IMG/VR virus record: IMGVR_UViG_3300020442_002661
Location: 21,963-85,962 of that record
DNA from: a virus
DNA length: 64,000 nucleotides
Direction: 5' to 3' (one strand)
Below are positions 51,001 through 60,100 of this stretch, one piece after another; position 1 is the first letter of the stretch, and every line of letters starts with the position of its first letter. The translations under genes and the position numbers were made by a program. The notes under the pieces were generated by a model that made no database searches, was not told where the DNA came from, and was given only the letters and a program-made list of their open reading frames with translations.

Positions 51001-51093
51001 GTATCTTACTACGTCATCCTTATAATAGGTGGTATTCTCAGACCATTCGTCTTTCCAAATAAATCTAATTCTACCTAATTTAAACTCTGCCAT
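45100..51093 (-). CDS. Giant virion protein (1997 aa): N-terminal Trp/Tyr CBM5/12-like repeats, beta-helix-like core, conserved C-terminal domain
   Basis: W....Y...D.V.YGG..Y.C...H repeats; VGDELRS, SPYVQN, RLTGHDFLDIGTG, TSTDQDGNFRVG. Confidence 0.75.
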   Translation of the reverse strand: MAEFKLGRIRFIWKDEWSENTTYYKDDVVRYGGRTFICVVGHIAQTDFMLDLNDSTPKWQQFADGQTWRGDWATGTVYKINDIVKYGGQLYIANTGHISDSSAIGGLESNLGDDSTSAYWDLFGEGFDYKGDWAISTRYKVNDIVKYGAKLYICTAYHSSTAVLANGLELDQNKWDTFSDGFDWKTDWTVNTRYKVNDLVKYGGQVYSCNTGHTSAATNTLGLEADQAKWDYFHKGIEYLGDWTSATRYKVNDVVKDSGTIWICTTYHTSSVSENLTPDEANWSVFIPGLEFEDTWGPYSEYQVGDIVTYGGYTYVAKTNNSEKKPAESPNDWDVFITGFNLRGEWGSDSTNQDYKTGDVVTLGGYTYLATANSNGQQPPNTSYWEKLNEGFNFRSAWANGTAYVLGDTVTHGVNAYVCVDAHTADQVTDQNRPDQDTAGDYWNFFSGGTEAGNLTTAGDIVYYGGSGPTRLPVGKPGQVLKVNDAADAPEWTYFGQINHVYFVDAEDGVDDRPPKRGITLDRPYKTVRYAADWIEKGANSYEDKYLMEVNRAFMQAEVVEWVDYQIANVISPFTGSFTYNKEKCRRDTGIIIDAIIWDLSHGGNVRSREAALAYFTTGGLSYINGQEDETVAAINYLETVIGNVLNKEDPAANYQTLNSVASPITQIKPSGFDKTTGVNTTIANLIDIITNAITAGNTNGVPAILKAQKTIFVKTGEYLENHPIRVPEDTAVVGDELRSTRIKPAPSSVDTSDITYSLAAIGRLRDVVSDVITNTSITKSTGNAESQVTSRPAGSAGSDTARDRVKDMADTILDILDGGEGFTGREIYFSDPGVDNNKRFAREQLQANRAFMVAEITAWLAVNYAGIVTDTNAFEKEIGYAIDAASYDVQYGGNSATHRHNKGTKFDPNGAPYTPSGQKTAVAAAYGRLATVASQIVQETAVTKSTGNSETQDTSGTAASSTEGTEVSNLLTNIQTTVNAGNLTGQDAETTPVITWASSAIQSSHTELQDAKAEIANHTVHHVKASQDFVFNETLCNRDSQLMVDAISYDMAFNTNYRSVTAGNSYFRVNASAQKVYNDQLVGQKSAVRHIRAKAALIAANGAGAEAFELLDMLAYKIDAETSSSGDVAPIFCGTNTPETATTHTYAVEILEQNKDFLVAEVHAYIGVQYPSYTYDIAACSRDVRNYIDGLKYDLIYTGNYSTLMNATFYANAVNGSILYDMFYMRNGTGLRNCTTSGLTGTLGSANTYGTKRPTAGAYVSLDPGYNPYDTRVHITNKSPYVQNVSTFGTACIGMKVDGDLHQAGNDSIVANDFTQILSDGIGYWVTNLGRSELVSVFTYYCHMGYLAENGGKIRATNGNNSYGDFGSVAEGIDDTETPVTGEVDNQQLEAIISFVQTDGADEILQLEYQNAGQGYTNTSTAILTVHNVSGNDANRTAGTYKGITGSSAGSGTGQEFDVEVSSTGGATVTVIKGGTGHAISDTITINDSSLGGGGGANLTFDVQTIGEATRYTISGEGFGAAVSGITLRDGGVFEVQLEEDSTVYGGDGFLTTNSAAQAGNATSITLAATDVQPTGAYNGMMLYIVSGLGAGQYGVITSFNASTKIATIEKESDGTSGFEHITGASIEATLDATSQYDITPRIIFDAPASGIRARGRARVADEKVVEVKIIEPGSGYDANNPPQMTVVDPNATVLVPHTVRVGDGVLGQPTFSNRGTGFVTASATVVGDGLSDIRQTGTKIRVDNLDAIPQKGANVEFASRPNTWYKLVSVTSLIGAGPYSAILQISPKLEADERPPHQDAITIRRRYSQVRLTGHDFLDIGTGNFGNTNYPGDPLSDPIPDRETNDFGGGRVFYTSTDQDGNFRVGGLFNVEQATGIATLNVEAFNISGLNELQLGSVALGGAGAVITEFSTDGTFSADSDSIVPTQKAIKTYITSQIGGGVATLNVNSVTAGVIEITGDTISTTSDAKINIEDRVNFTGGIDGAPVALNMFLLN

Positions 51094-51124
51094 TGGTTAA
51101 CTCCGTATTATATTATATTTATCC

Positions 51125-54100
51125 TTATTCAAATTCCCCAGGCTGTCCACCAGGTGCAAATGCCCCTCCACTTTGGAAGTATGACTGTGCCGCCATGTCA
51201 CCCATTGGTTGCCCTTTGATATTTGCAACAGTTGTTATTTTTATTTCTCCGCCTAAAACCTTAAATATTTTTTGTCCTTCAAAACTAATATTACCAGCAT
51301 TAAGTCTGTTTACAGCAACATCAGAACCGCCTGATGAAACCCTTGATTGCACATATGCGCCAATCGCTTTTTGTGTTGGTACAATATTGTTGCTGTTAGC
51401 CGCAAATGTTGGATCAGTGCTAAATTCTCTAATCACAGCACCTGTACCACCTAGCACAACACCGCCCAATCTTAGTTCTTCAAGACCATCTAGTTCAAAG
51501 AAACTTGCATTGATACTAATTGTACCAGTTGCTTGTTCAACTTCAAACAGTTCACCAACTCTAAAGTTACCATCTTGGTCAGTACTTGTGTAGAACACAC
51601 GCCCGCCATCATATTGGCTAACTTCATTAAACTGTTTTGGTTCTTGGTCTTCGTCTGGATTATATCCAAATACATAAAGTCCTGGATAATTTGTATCGCT
51701 AAAATCACCAGTACCAATGTCTAAGAAATCATGTCCTGTCAATCTAATCTGACTGTACTTTTGTCTGATAGTAACTTGTTCACCATGTTGTGGTGATTCT
51801 TTTCTACCTAAGTTTGGACTAATTTGTAACTTTAAGTTGTACGCTCCGCTTACACCAGTTTGCTCTAAAATTTTCACTACAAAATATGTTACGTCATCAA
51901 TACCATTGATACTTACGTTATCACCAGGTCCTGGTAACTTACTGATTCCTTCTAAAATCAATGTATCAGCTATTTGAGCAATTTCTGCAAATCCATCACC
52001 TGCACTAATTTCTGCACTAGATCTAAAGTATCCAGTACCAAAATTTGTTACAGTTGGTTGTGGTAAGACGCCGTTGTTTATTCTAGCATCTACTGTAACA
52101 TCTAAAGTATTACCTGTGTCAAAAACACTTACAGTAGGATTAGTTGTATAATTACTTCCTACTTCGTGTATTAAGAATTTACCAATACGTCCGCTACCAA
52201 CAACTGCTCTAGCTAGTGCAGGGCATCCGTATTCTATTCTGAGTGCATCAGTTTCATTAGCAGTTGCAACTACCCAATTACCATGTGCATAACCAACTAC
52301 TCCTGCTCTTAATTCATTTGCAGTTGTAAGTATTTTACCGTCCCAATGGAACCCGTCTCTACTAAACGCAACAACATCTGACGTAGAACCTGTATCGCTT
52401 TTTACTGCACACCACATACCTTTGTTGTATCCTAAACCGTTCCATTCTCCTGGTTCAGGCATTGTACCTTCGTACCATGTTTTACCGTCAAAGCTAACTG
52501 CGGTTTCTGCAGAACTACTATCTGTTTTATTTGTAGTAGCAACAAATCTATCTTTGCCCCATTCAACTTTGCCCCAAGCACTTGATGCTGGTAATGTAAC
52601 TGCATTCCATGTAGTACCGTTATCTGTTGACCAAAGTGCGTTATTGCTTGTAGCATCTGCTGTACCTGCAAGCATAACCCAAGTATTGATATCTTTTCCG
52701 TATGCAACACTACTCCATTTATCTGCTGTTGGAACTGTCACTGTAGCAAAACTGTTTCCGTTATCTGTACTTACTATTGCTTCAGTTACTGTGCTTGTTG
52801 CAGAAGTTACAGTACCAATAATAACATTTCCATCTCCACCTGCTATACTTGAAACAGTTGCATCACTGACGCCGCCGAGTGCTGGTAAAGTTGCATCATT
52901 AAATGTTGCTAAATCAGCATCAGAAACTTTTACAGCACCTGATGTTGGATCTACAATACAAACCTTATGATCTCCTGCTCCAGAATATGAAGTTGCAATT
53001 AATCCGCCGACTCCTGATAAGTCTGCCGCTGTAAATGAATTACCATCTGTGCTGTAAGAATATTGTCCATTACTTGCAGTAATAACTATTAACTCATTTC
53101 CTTGATATGATCCTTTAGCCATGTCAGTCCATGGAGCACTAGAACCCAAGTTTGTATTTGCAACAGTATAATTTGGTTTTTGTATATCAACCCTTGGTTC
53201 AATGTAATAACGTGTTGTATCATTTAATACTGCTTCAATAGGATATCCTGTAACATGTTCCCATCCAGGCTCTCCGTTTGATTCTTTTATGACTGTAGCA
53301 ATTTTTGTTATAGGACTAAAGCCACCAATTTTTGCATATTGTCCAGTACCTCTACCACTGTATAAGAAAATTCTCATTCCAATATAATTGTCAGGATCGT
53401 CTTCATCGTCAGCTCCGCTGAGTGTAATTTGTGTATTAGTACCAATTTGTGCTTTATTTGCTAAAAATTTATAATTAGAACCACCAATAAAATTGGAATC
53501 TTCTTCAGTAACAAAAAGTTCACTTACTGCACCATCTCTAAATTCGTTGTAAGTACTTGCAAAGTTTTGTCCGTTACCTGTTATTTGAAGTGTTGCATCT
53601 GTGTAGTTTTGTCCTGCATTAACATATGCTACCCCATATATTTTATCTTGGTTAGTATATGTTTGTTCAATCACTGCTTCTTGGCTTTGATTGTTTACTG
53701 TACCTGTAATTGCAATTTCTTCTTCATCATAACCTTCTGCTACACATCCATAATCACCATAAGAGTTGTTTCCGTTAAGTGCTCTAACTTTACCGCCTTC
53801 GGTTGCTAGGTATCCTATATGACAATAGTATGTAAACACTGAAACTAGTTCTGACTTACCTTCACCGTTTGCCCAGTATCCAATACCATCACTTAGTATT
53901 TGTGTAAAATCGTTTGCAACAATAGATTTGTTACCACCATTGTGCAGGTCACCATCAACTTTCATTCCAATACATGCTGTACCAAATGTTGTTACATTTT
54001 GTACGTATGGCGATTTAGTTGAAATCCATGTATAATCAGCGTCAGGACCTGTTCCTGGATCTAAACTACAGTAAGCCCCAGCTGTTGGACGTCTTGTAAG

Positions 54101-56038
54101 GTTTGCATTTAAGTCACCTAGTGTTCCTGTTAGTCCTTGTAGTGTCATATTTCTTAGTCCACTACCATTGTGCATACGGAACATATCTTTTAATTCATCT
54201 CCGTCTGCTGGCATAACAACAGTGCTACGTAATTCATCTCCTACCACTGCTGTATCACGTGGAATAACCATTGGTAATTGTTCTTTAAAAACTCCTGTTC
54301 CTACAAATACTGTTGCAGGTACACGTTCATTTAAATTACCTTGTAAATATTGTAGGGCATACTTTATTGTTTTCCATGGTGTTGCTTTATTTCTTCCGTT
54401 TTCAGGCAAGTCAACACCGTCAGTAGAAACATAATAAACTTTTGTAATTTCGTCTAATGTTTCATAAAATAATTTGTTATCTTCAGTAACTTTTAGTAAA
54501 CTACCTTTTTCACCTATTGCTAGTCTTGACACACCAACTGTACTTCCATCATCACCTGCATAACCATATGTTCTTATGTCACCTTTATAACGCATAACAT
54601 TATTTTGTGCAGAGCTTTCATTTCTTCCGCCATATACAGTCCAATATAAATTTCCTCCTGTTAGAGGAAATGTATCTAATTTAGGTCTAGCTTCAAAAAT
54701 ATCACTGTTGTGTTGTTTTTTACAAATGTATGTGGTAGATTCATCCATAACAACATCGCCTTGATAATATGTTATTATACTACTATCAGTTTGTGTTGAT
54801 TCTCTCCATTCTGCTTTCCAGTTTACACCAGTGTAAATTAAACGCCATTTATCACTTGTATCAGTGTCTGGATCTCCTGGTTCAATTGTTTCTACAGGTA
54901 AAATATTATCTAATGATTCGTAAAGATAACCGCCTTTACGTACAACACTACCTGGTGGATATGTAAGTGTTATGTCCCATTCGCCTTTAAATTTGTATCC
55001 GTCTGTAAGTATTTCCCAATTAGCACCGTCGCCATCTTGTTCAAACCCAAATGCACTAGGATTTGCACCTTGGTTGATTGTCAATGCAACATAGCTATAT
55101 CCGCCGTAAGTTACAATGTCACCTGGTTGGTATAATTCGTTTTCATTCCAAAGTCCTTCAAAACCTAAACCAGGAACCCATATTTCCCAACCTATTTGAT
55201 CATCAAAGGTATCACTACCACTCATACCAATTCTAGCTCTATATAGATTAGGACCATATCTTACAATGTCGTTAGTTTTATACCATTGAGATCCTGACCA
55301 ATCACCAACAAATTCTATGCCTTCTACAATTAATTCCCATTTTGCTACAGTAGAGTCATCACCTAAATCACTACCAATACCTTCTCTAACACCGTCATTA
55401 CTTGTATGACCTATTACACAACGATAAACATTTCCGCCAAATCTAACAACATCATCTTTTACATATCTTGTGTTTACTTGCCATACACCTTTCCAAAAAT
55501 CACTTCTGTTGTACACAGCCCATTTTGCTTGATCTTGTTCTAATCCGTTTGTTACTGTATCACTAGTATGTGCAGTCAAACAAATATAAACAGTACCGCC
55601 ATATTTTACAACATCATTTTCTTTGTAATTTGTAATTGCTGTCCAGTTTTCTAAGTAATTAGGACCTTTTGCCCAGACTGACCAATTAGCACTATTACTT
55701 TCTAAGCCTAATGTAATATTACTTGCACTTGTATGGGCTATAATACATCTGTAAATTATTCCTCTGTACTTAACAATATCGTTTTCTTTATAAAAATTAC
55801 TAGGAATCCAATCGCCTTTCCATTCAGAACCATCATTCATTAGTTCCCATCTTGGTGTAGATTCTCCTGCAACAAGATTATCCAAGTCAGTATAAAAGCT
55901 CGACGCCGCTGTGTGATTTGCAAGTGCTACATAAACTCTACCACCATATTGTACAACATCATCTTTACGATATGCTACGGCAGTTGCCCAGGCACCTTTC
56001 CAATTAAAACGTAATCTATCAATTCTAAATTCAGCCAT
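51125..56038 (-). CDS. Giant virion protein (1637 aa), paralog of 45100-51093, with Asp-box/BNR beta-propeller-like insert
   Basis: Same repeats and core; STDNGNSF, STDNGTTW, SFDGKTW and SRDGFHW Asp-boxes. Confidence 0.75.
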   Translation of the reverse strand: MAEFRIDRLRFNWKGAWATAVAYRKDDVVQYGGRVYVALANHTAASSFYTDLDNLVAGESTPRWELMNDGSEWKGDWIPSNFYKENDIVKYRGIIYRCIIAHTSASNITLGLESNSANWSVWAKGPNYLENWTAITNYKENDVVKYGGTVYICLTAHTSDTVTNGLEQDQAKWAVYNRSDFWKGVWQVNTRYVKDDVVRFGGNVYRCVIGHTSNDGVREGIGSDLGDDSTVAKWELIVEGIEFVGDWSGSQWYKTNDIVRYGPNLYRARIGMSGSDTFDDQIGWEIWVPGLGFEGLWNENELYQPGDIVTYGGYSYVALTINQGANPSAFGFEQDGDGANWEILTDGYKFKGEWDITLTYPPGSVVRKGGYLYESLDNILPVETIEPGDPDTDTSDKWRLIYTGVNWKAEWRESTQTDSSIITYYQGDVVMDESTTYICKKQHNSDIFEARPKLDTFPLTGGNLYWTVYGGRNESSAQNNVMRYKGDIRTYGYAGDDGSTVGVSRLAIGEKGSLLKVTEDNKLFYETLDEITKVYYVSTDGVDLPENGRNKATPWKTIKYALQYLQGNLNERVPATVFVGTGVFKEQLPMVIPRDTAVVGDELRSTVVMPADGDELKDMFRMHNGSGLRNMTLQGLTGTLGDLNANLTRRPTAGAYCSLDPGTGPDADYTWISTKSPYVQNVTTFGTACIGMKVDGDLHNGGNKSIVANDFTQILSDGIGYWANGEGKSELVSVFTYYCHIGYLATEGGKVRALNGNNSYGDYGCVAEGYDEEEIAITGTVNNQSQEAVIEQTYTNQDKIYGVAYVNAGQNYTDATLQITGNGQNFASTYNEFRDGAVSELFVTEEDSNFIGGSNYKFLANKAQIGTNTQITLSGADDEDDPDNYIGMRIFLYSGRGTGQYAKIGGFSPITKIATVIKESNGEPGWEHVTGYPIEAVLNDTTRYYIEPRVDIQKPNYTVANTNLGSSAPWTDMAKGSYQGNELIVITASNGQYSYSTDGNSFTAADLSGVGGLIATSYSGAGDHKVCIVDPTSGAVKVSDADLATFNDATLPALGGVSDATVSSIAGGDGNVIIGTVTSATSTVTEAIVSTDNGNSFATVTVPTADKWSSVAYGKDINTWVMLAGTADATSNNALWSTDNGTTWNAVTLPASSAWGKVEWGKDRFVATTNKTDSSSAETAVSFDGKTWYEGTMPEPGEWNGLGYNKGMWCAVKSDTGSTSDVVAFSRDGFHWDGKILTTANELRAGVVGYAHGNWVVATANETDALRIEYGCPALARAVVGSGRIGKFLIHEVGSNYTTNPTVSVFDTGNTLDVTVDARINNGVLPQPTVTNFGTGYFRSSAEISAGDGFAEIAQIADTLILEGISKLPGPGDNVSINGIDDVTYFVVKILEQTGVSGAYNLKLQISPNLGRKESPQHGEQVTIRQKYSQIRLTGHDFLDIGTGDFSDTNYPGLYVFGYNPDEDQEPKQFNEVSQYDGGRVFYTSTDQDGNFRVGELFEVEQATGTISINASFFELDGLEELRLGGVVLGGTGAVIREFSTDPTFAANSNNIVPTQKAIGAYVQSRVSSGGSDVAVNRLNAGNISFEGQKIFKVLGGEIKITTVANIKGQPMGDMAAQSYFQSGGAFAPGGQPGEFE

Positions 56039-56053
56039 TGTTTTTCCTAATCA

Positions 56054-56758
56054 TTATGTTAGTGTATTTATTTGTCCACCCATTCCTGAATGATTTGTAC
56101 AGTAATAGTAAAGTGTAGGTGCATTGACAGGAACTTTAAATTTAACATAACTTCCTTCAATACCCGGTTGTCCAAATACTGTTACACCATCAGTATATTC
56201 TACACCGCCACCGTGTGTTCCGTTTTTAGTAGTACTCAACCTTAATGGATGAGTATTATTAGAGCTGTCACTTTGTCCAAATGTGTAAGTTTGACCTTCA
56301 TACAAGTTTATTGTTGGTCTTTCAATACCGTTCAAATAAAACTTGCCACCACTTGCTGTAACTTGATAAAAGTTTGGATTATAACTTGTAACACCATCTG
56401 AACTAATATCAGTTGGGTATGTGTAAGGTTTGTTTAATCTCATTACAAACTCACCTGCATCATTAATGTAATAATTTACGTGTCTATCGTCCCAACGCAT
56501 TTGCTCATATTTTAAATTTGAGTAAACAATTTCATGATTTTGATCTCTACCTTCGAAGAAATCAACACCTTGTTCGAATTCATTAAAATTATTAGCAGGA
56601 TCACCTGGTTCATTTACTTGTACTACTGCATTTGGATCCATTTGATCTACTTTTGTAAAAAACAATTCGCCTTGTTCTGTTCTGCGCAAACCGTAAAAAT
56701 ATCTTCCATCAATTTGTCCAGTTACAAAACCTGCATCATTACCTGCGTATTGTGTCAT
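56054..56758 (-). CDS. Virion protein with C-terminal cupredoxin-like motif
   Basis: HPLRLS and APTLYYYCTNHSGMGG (H..C-x2-H-x2-M). Confidence 0.6.
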   Translation of the reverse strand: MTQYAGNDAGFVTGQIDGRYFYGLRRTEQGELFFTKVDQMDPNAVVQVNEPGDPANNFNEFEQGVDFFEGRDQNHEIVYSNLKYEQMRWDDRHVNYYINDAGEFVMRLNKPYTYPTDISSDGVTSYNPNFYQVTASGGKFYLNGIERPTINLYEGQTYTFGQSDSSNNTHPLRLSTTKNGTHGGGVEYTDGVTVFGQPGIEGSYVKFKVPVNAPTLYYYCTNHSGMGGQINTLT

Positions 56759-56770
56759 AGTCTACTCCTT

Positions 56771-57100
56771 TTACGTAATGTCCACATAACTTATTATTAC
56801 ATCGACACTATCTGTAATATCTGATTGTACTAGTATTGAATATCCTGTGGTAAGAATGATCTTTTCACCTCCTATCATTGCTTTAAAAGCTGATTGAGGA
56901 GGAATCATTACATCCTTGACATAAAATGCTTCAACACTTGTGTCATCTCTAATTAAAATACTTGCTTGCACACTAAAAGTAGAAGTGTTAGCTAAGTTCA
57001 TACCAATAATAGTTGCATTGGTTCCTGGCGCTGTTTCAAACGCTTCTATTTTTTGTGTTCCAACATCTTTTACAATTTTTGTTCTAAACGTAGTTGCCAT
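56771..57100 (-). CDS. Small virion protein (109 aa)
   Basis: TIIGMNLAN, GGEKIIL; similar to 44764-45084. Confidence 0.65.
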   Translation of the reverse strand: MATTFRTKIVKDVGTQKIEAFETAPGTNATIIGMNLANTSTFSVQASILIRDDTSVEAFYVKDVMIPPQSAFKAMIGGEKIILTTGYSILVQSDITDSVDVIISYVDIT

Positions 57101-57104
57101 ATTT

Positions 57105-60100
57105 TTATCCTAAAATTAATACATTCTCCAATGCGATTGCTTCTGCATCATTTCTACTAATACCACTTGAACTACCTGCAACACTAGTCCAGTTAGTGCC
57201 ATCAAATATTTCAGTTCTTTCGTCTTCAGTGTTATAACGTAACATACCTGCTTCGCTGTCAACACCTGCTGGTCTTTCAGCGTTATTACCAACCGGAATA
57301 ACAACACCTCTTGTACCTGCGAACTTCCAATAGCCTGTGCCAGTACTATCAAAAGTAAATACTTGATCTGTAGTTGTACTTGTAATTGTACTACCAGTAA
57401 ACTTCATTTCGTCTAGCAATACACCGCCTGTACCGTTGCTTTGTAAAACTAGATCACTATTAGTAGTTATCGTTCTAATAGTATTATCATTAAATTCTAT
57501 GTCATCAACTATTAATTTTTCAACACTTAACCTATTTTCTGTTAAATCTGCTGTAAGATTACCACTGTTGTAGAACCTAATTACATCATCATCTGCACCA
57601 GGAGTTAACTCTGCTGTAATGTATGTATCACTATCTTGATCTTTTAAGCCGTCTGTTAGAGTTTTCCAAGCACCGTTATATCCTTCAAATTGATTAGTGG
57701 TGGTATTATATCTAATCATTCCTGTAACAGGACTTGCATTTCTTTGTGCAGTTGTACCACTTGGTAATGTTAAACTGTCTGTAGTTTCTAATATTACTCT
57801 ACCTGCATTGACTGTAAAATCGCCTGTAGATGTAATAGTGCTATTTGCAAAACTTAAATCATCTATAACAATAACACCTGTTCCGTTAGCACGTAATTCT
57901 AAATTACTATTGCTTTGAGTTGTAGTAATAAAATTATCATCTATTAATATGTCACCTGTGCTAAAACTATTTGCTGTTATTTTACCTGCTGAATCTAGTG
58001 TATTAACAACTAAGTCTCCTTGAATAGTAACATTGTTTTCAACAACAACATCATTATTTGGAATATCTACTATACCTGTACCACTTGCACTAAGTTCTAG
58101 ATCACTATTTGTAAGTGTAGTTGCAATTTTATTTCCTGTAATAACTATATCTTCAAATTGTGCTGTACCATTAACTGAAAGGTTATCAGCAACATCAACA
58201 AAATCAGACGTTAGTGTTTCTACACTACCTGATGCAAGTGTTAAGTTACCGCCAACAGTTAGATCATTTTCAATAACAACATTGTTGTCAGGTATAATAA
58301 CTTCTCCTGTACCACTTGCACGTAATTCTAAATCACTATTACTACTTGTGGTTGTAATAACGTTGTCGTTGATTTCAATATCTTCTAAATTTATTTGCCC
58401 GTTAATAGTTACGTTTTCATTAATAATTAAATCATCTACAGTTACATCTTGGGCAGTTGTATTTTTAAGTGTTGTTGCACCTTCAACTGTAAGATTTTTT
58501 TCTAGTACAACATCATTTTCTGCAACAAGTATTTGACCTGTACCGCTTGCACGTAGTTCTAAGTCGCTGTTTGAAATACTTGTTTGTATAACATTTCCGT
58601 TTACATTAATATCATCAAAGGTTGCTGTACCTAAGATTTCCATATTGTCTGTTGTTAATGTTGTTGTTGTAATAGTGTTTGCACTTGCTGTATTCAAAGC
58701 AATATTACCAGCTACAGTCAAATCTCCAGTAACTTCTAAATCATTATCAGGAATAAGCACTTTACCTGTGCCATTTGCACGTAACTCTAAATCACTGTTT
58801 GATATTGTTGTTGTAATAAAATTATCATTAATTAAAATATTTTCAAATTGTGCTTGTCCGTTTATTGTTGCAGTTCCAGTAGTCATAAACTGTGTTGTAA
58901 CAGTACCACTTGCACTTACGTTTGCATATTGAGCTGTACCAAGAACATTAATATCTCCGCCAACTTCTAAGTCAGCATCTGGTACAGTTACTTTACCAGT
59001 ACCAGCGGCATCTAATTCTAAGTCACTGTTTGATTCTGTTGCTTGTATTAAGTTACCGGAAATGTTTATATTTTCAAACTGCGTTTCGCCTTCAACTGTT
59101 AATATTTTTGCAATAGTTAAATTATCACTTAGGCTTATACTTCCTGCTGTTTGGTTTATTGTGCCGTTTACAGTTAATCCTGCATTGACTGTTACAGCAC
59201 CTTCTAATGTTGTTGTGCCGTCTACAGTTAAATTATTACTTACTGTTACATCATTGTTAGGAACTGTTACTGAACCTGTGCCAGCCGCATCTAAATGTAA
59301 ATCACTGTTTGTATCTATTGTTTCTATCTTATTACCAGCAATATTGATATTACCGTTTGACCAATTGTCACTGTATACGTGATTCCATCTTTTGGTGTTT
59401 GATCCTAAATTAAAAGTTCCGTCTACATTAGGAACAATATTACTGTCTACCTCTGCACCAAATTCAATACTATCTGTATCTTCGTCACCAATAGTAATAT
59501 TTCCTCCGATTGTAACATTACCTGTCACATCTAAATTACCTGTGATATTAGTATTGTCTTGAATGTTAACTTCGCCTGTTGCACTTTCTACATTAAAGTT
59601 ACCGGATGTAGTTTCTATAGTGTTACCACTAATTCTAAAGTTACCAGTTTCAATTTTTGTGCCGTCAATAAATGTTGTGTTTGCACCAGACTCAAATGTA
59701 ATACCATTTGGTGTAACAATGTCTAATGCACTAGCATTAAATACAACTTGTCCTGTTTCTTGATCAACATAAAACTTATCGCCTACTCTAAAATCACCAC
59801 CTTGATCTACACTTGTATATCTAATTCTTGCATTGTTTAATTCTGTAACTTCTTGTGTTTGTTGTACAAGTGTTTCATCATTATCTTCTCTAAGACCTGT
59901 TCCAATGTAGGCAAAGTTATGCCCTATTAGGTACATTAGTACGCCGTTACCATCACCATATGCGCCATAATTACCATAAATGTTTGCACTACCTATAGTT
60001 CTAACTTCTCCCCCAAAATCAGTTCTATCAACTAGATCAATGAAGTTTGCAGTTGCACCTCCGCTAAATTCTATAGTTTGTGAAATTCTAACATCTTCAG

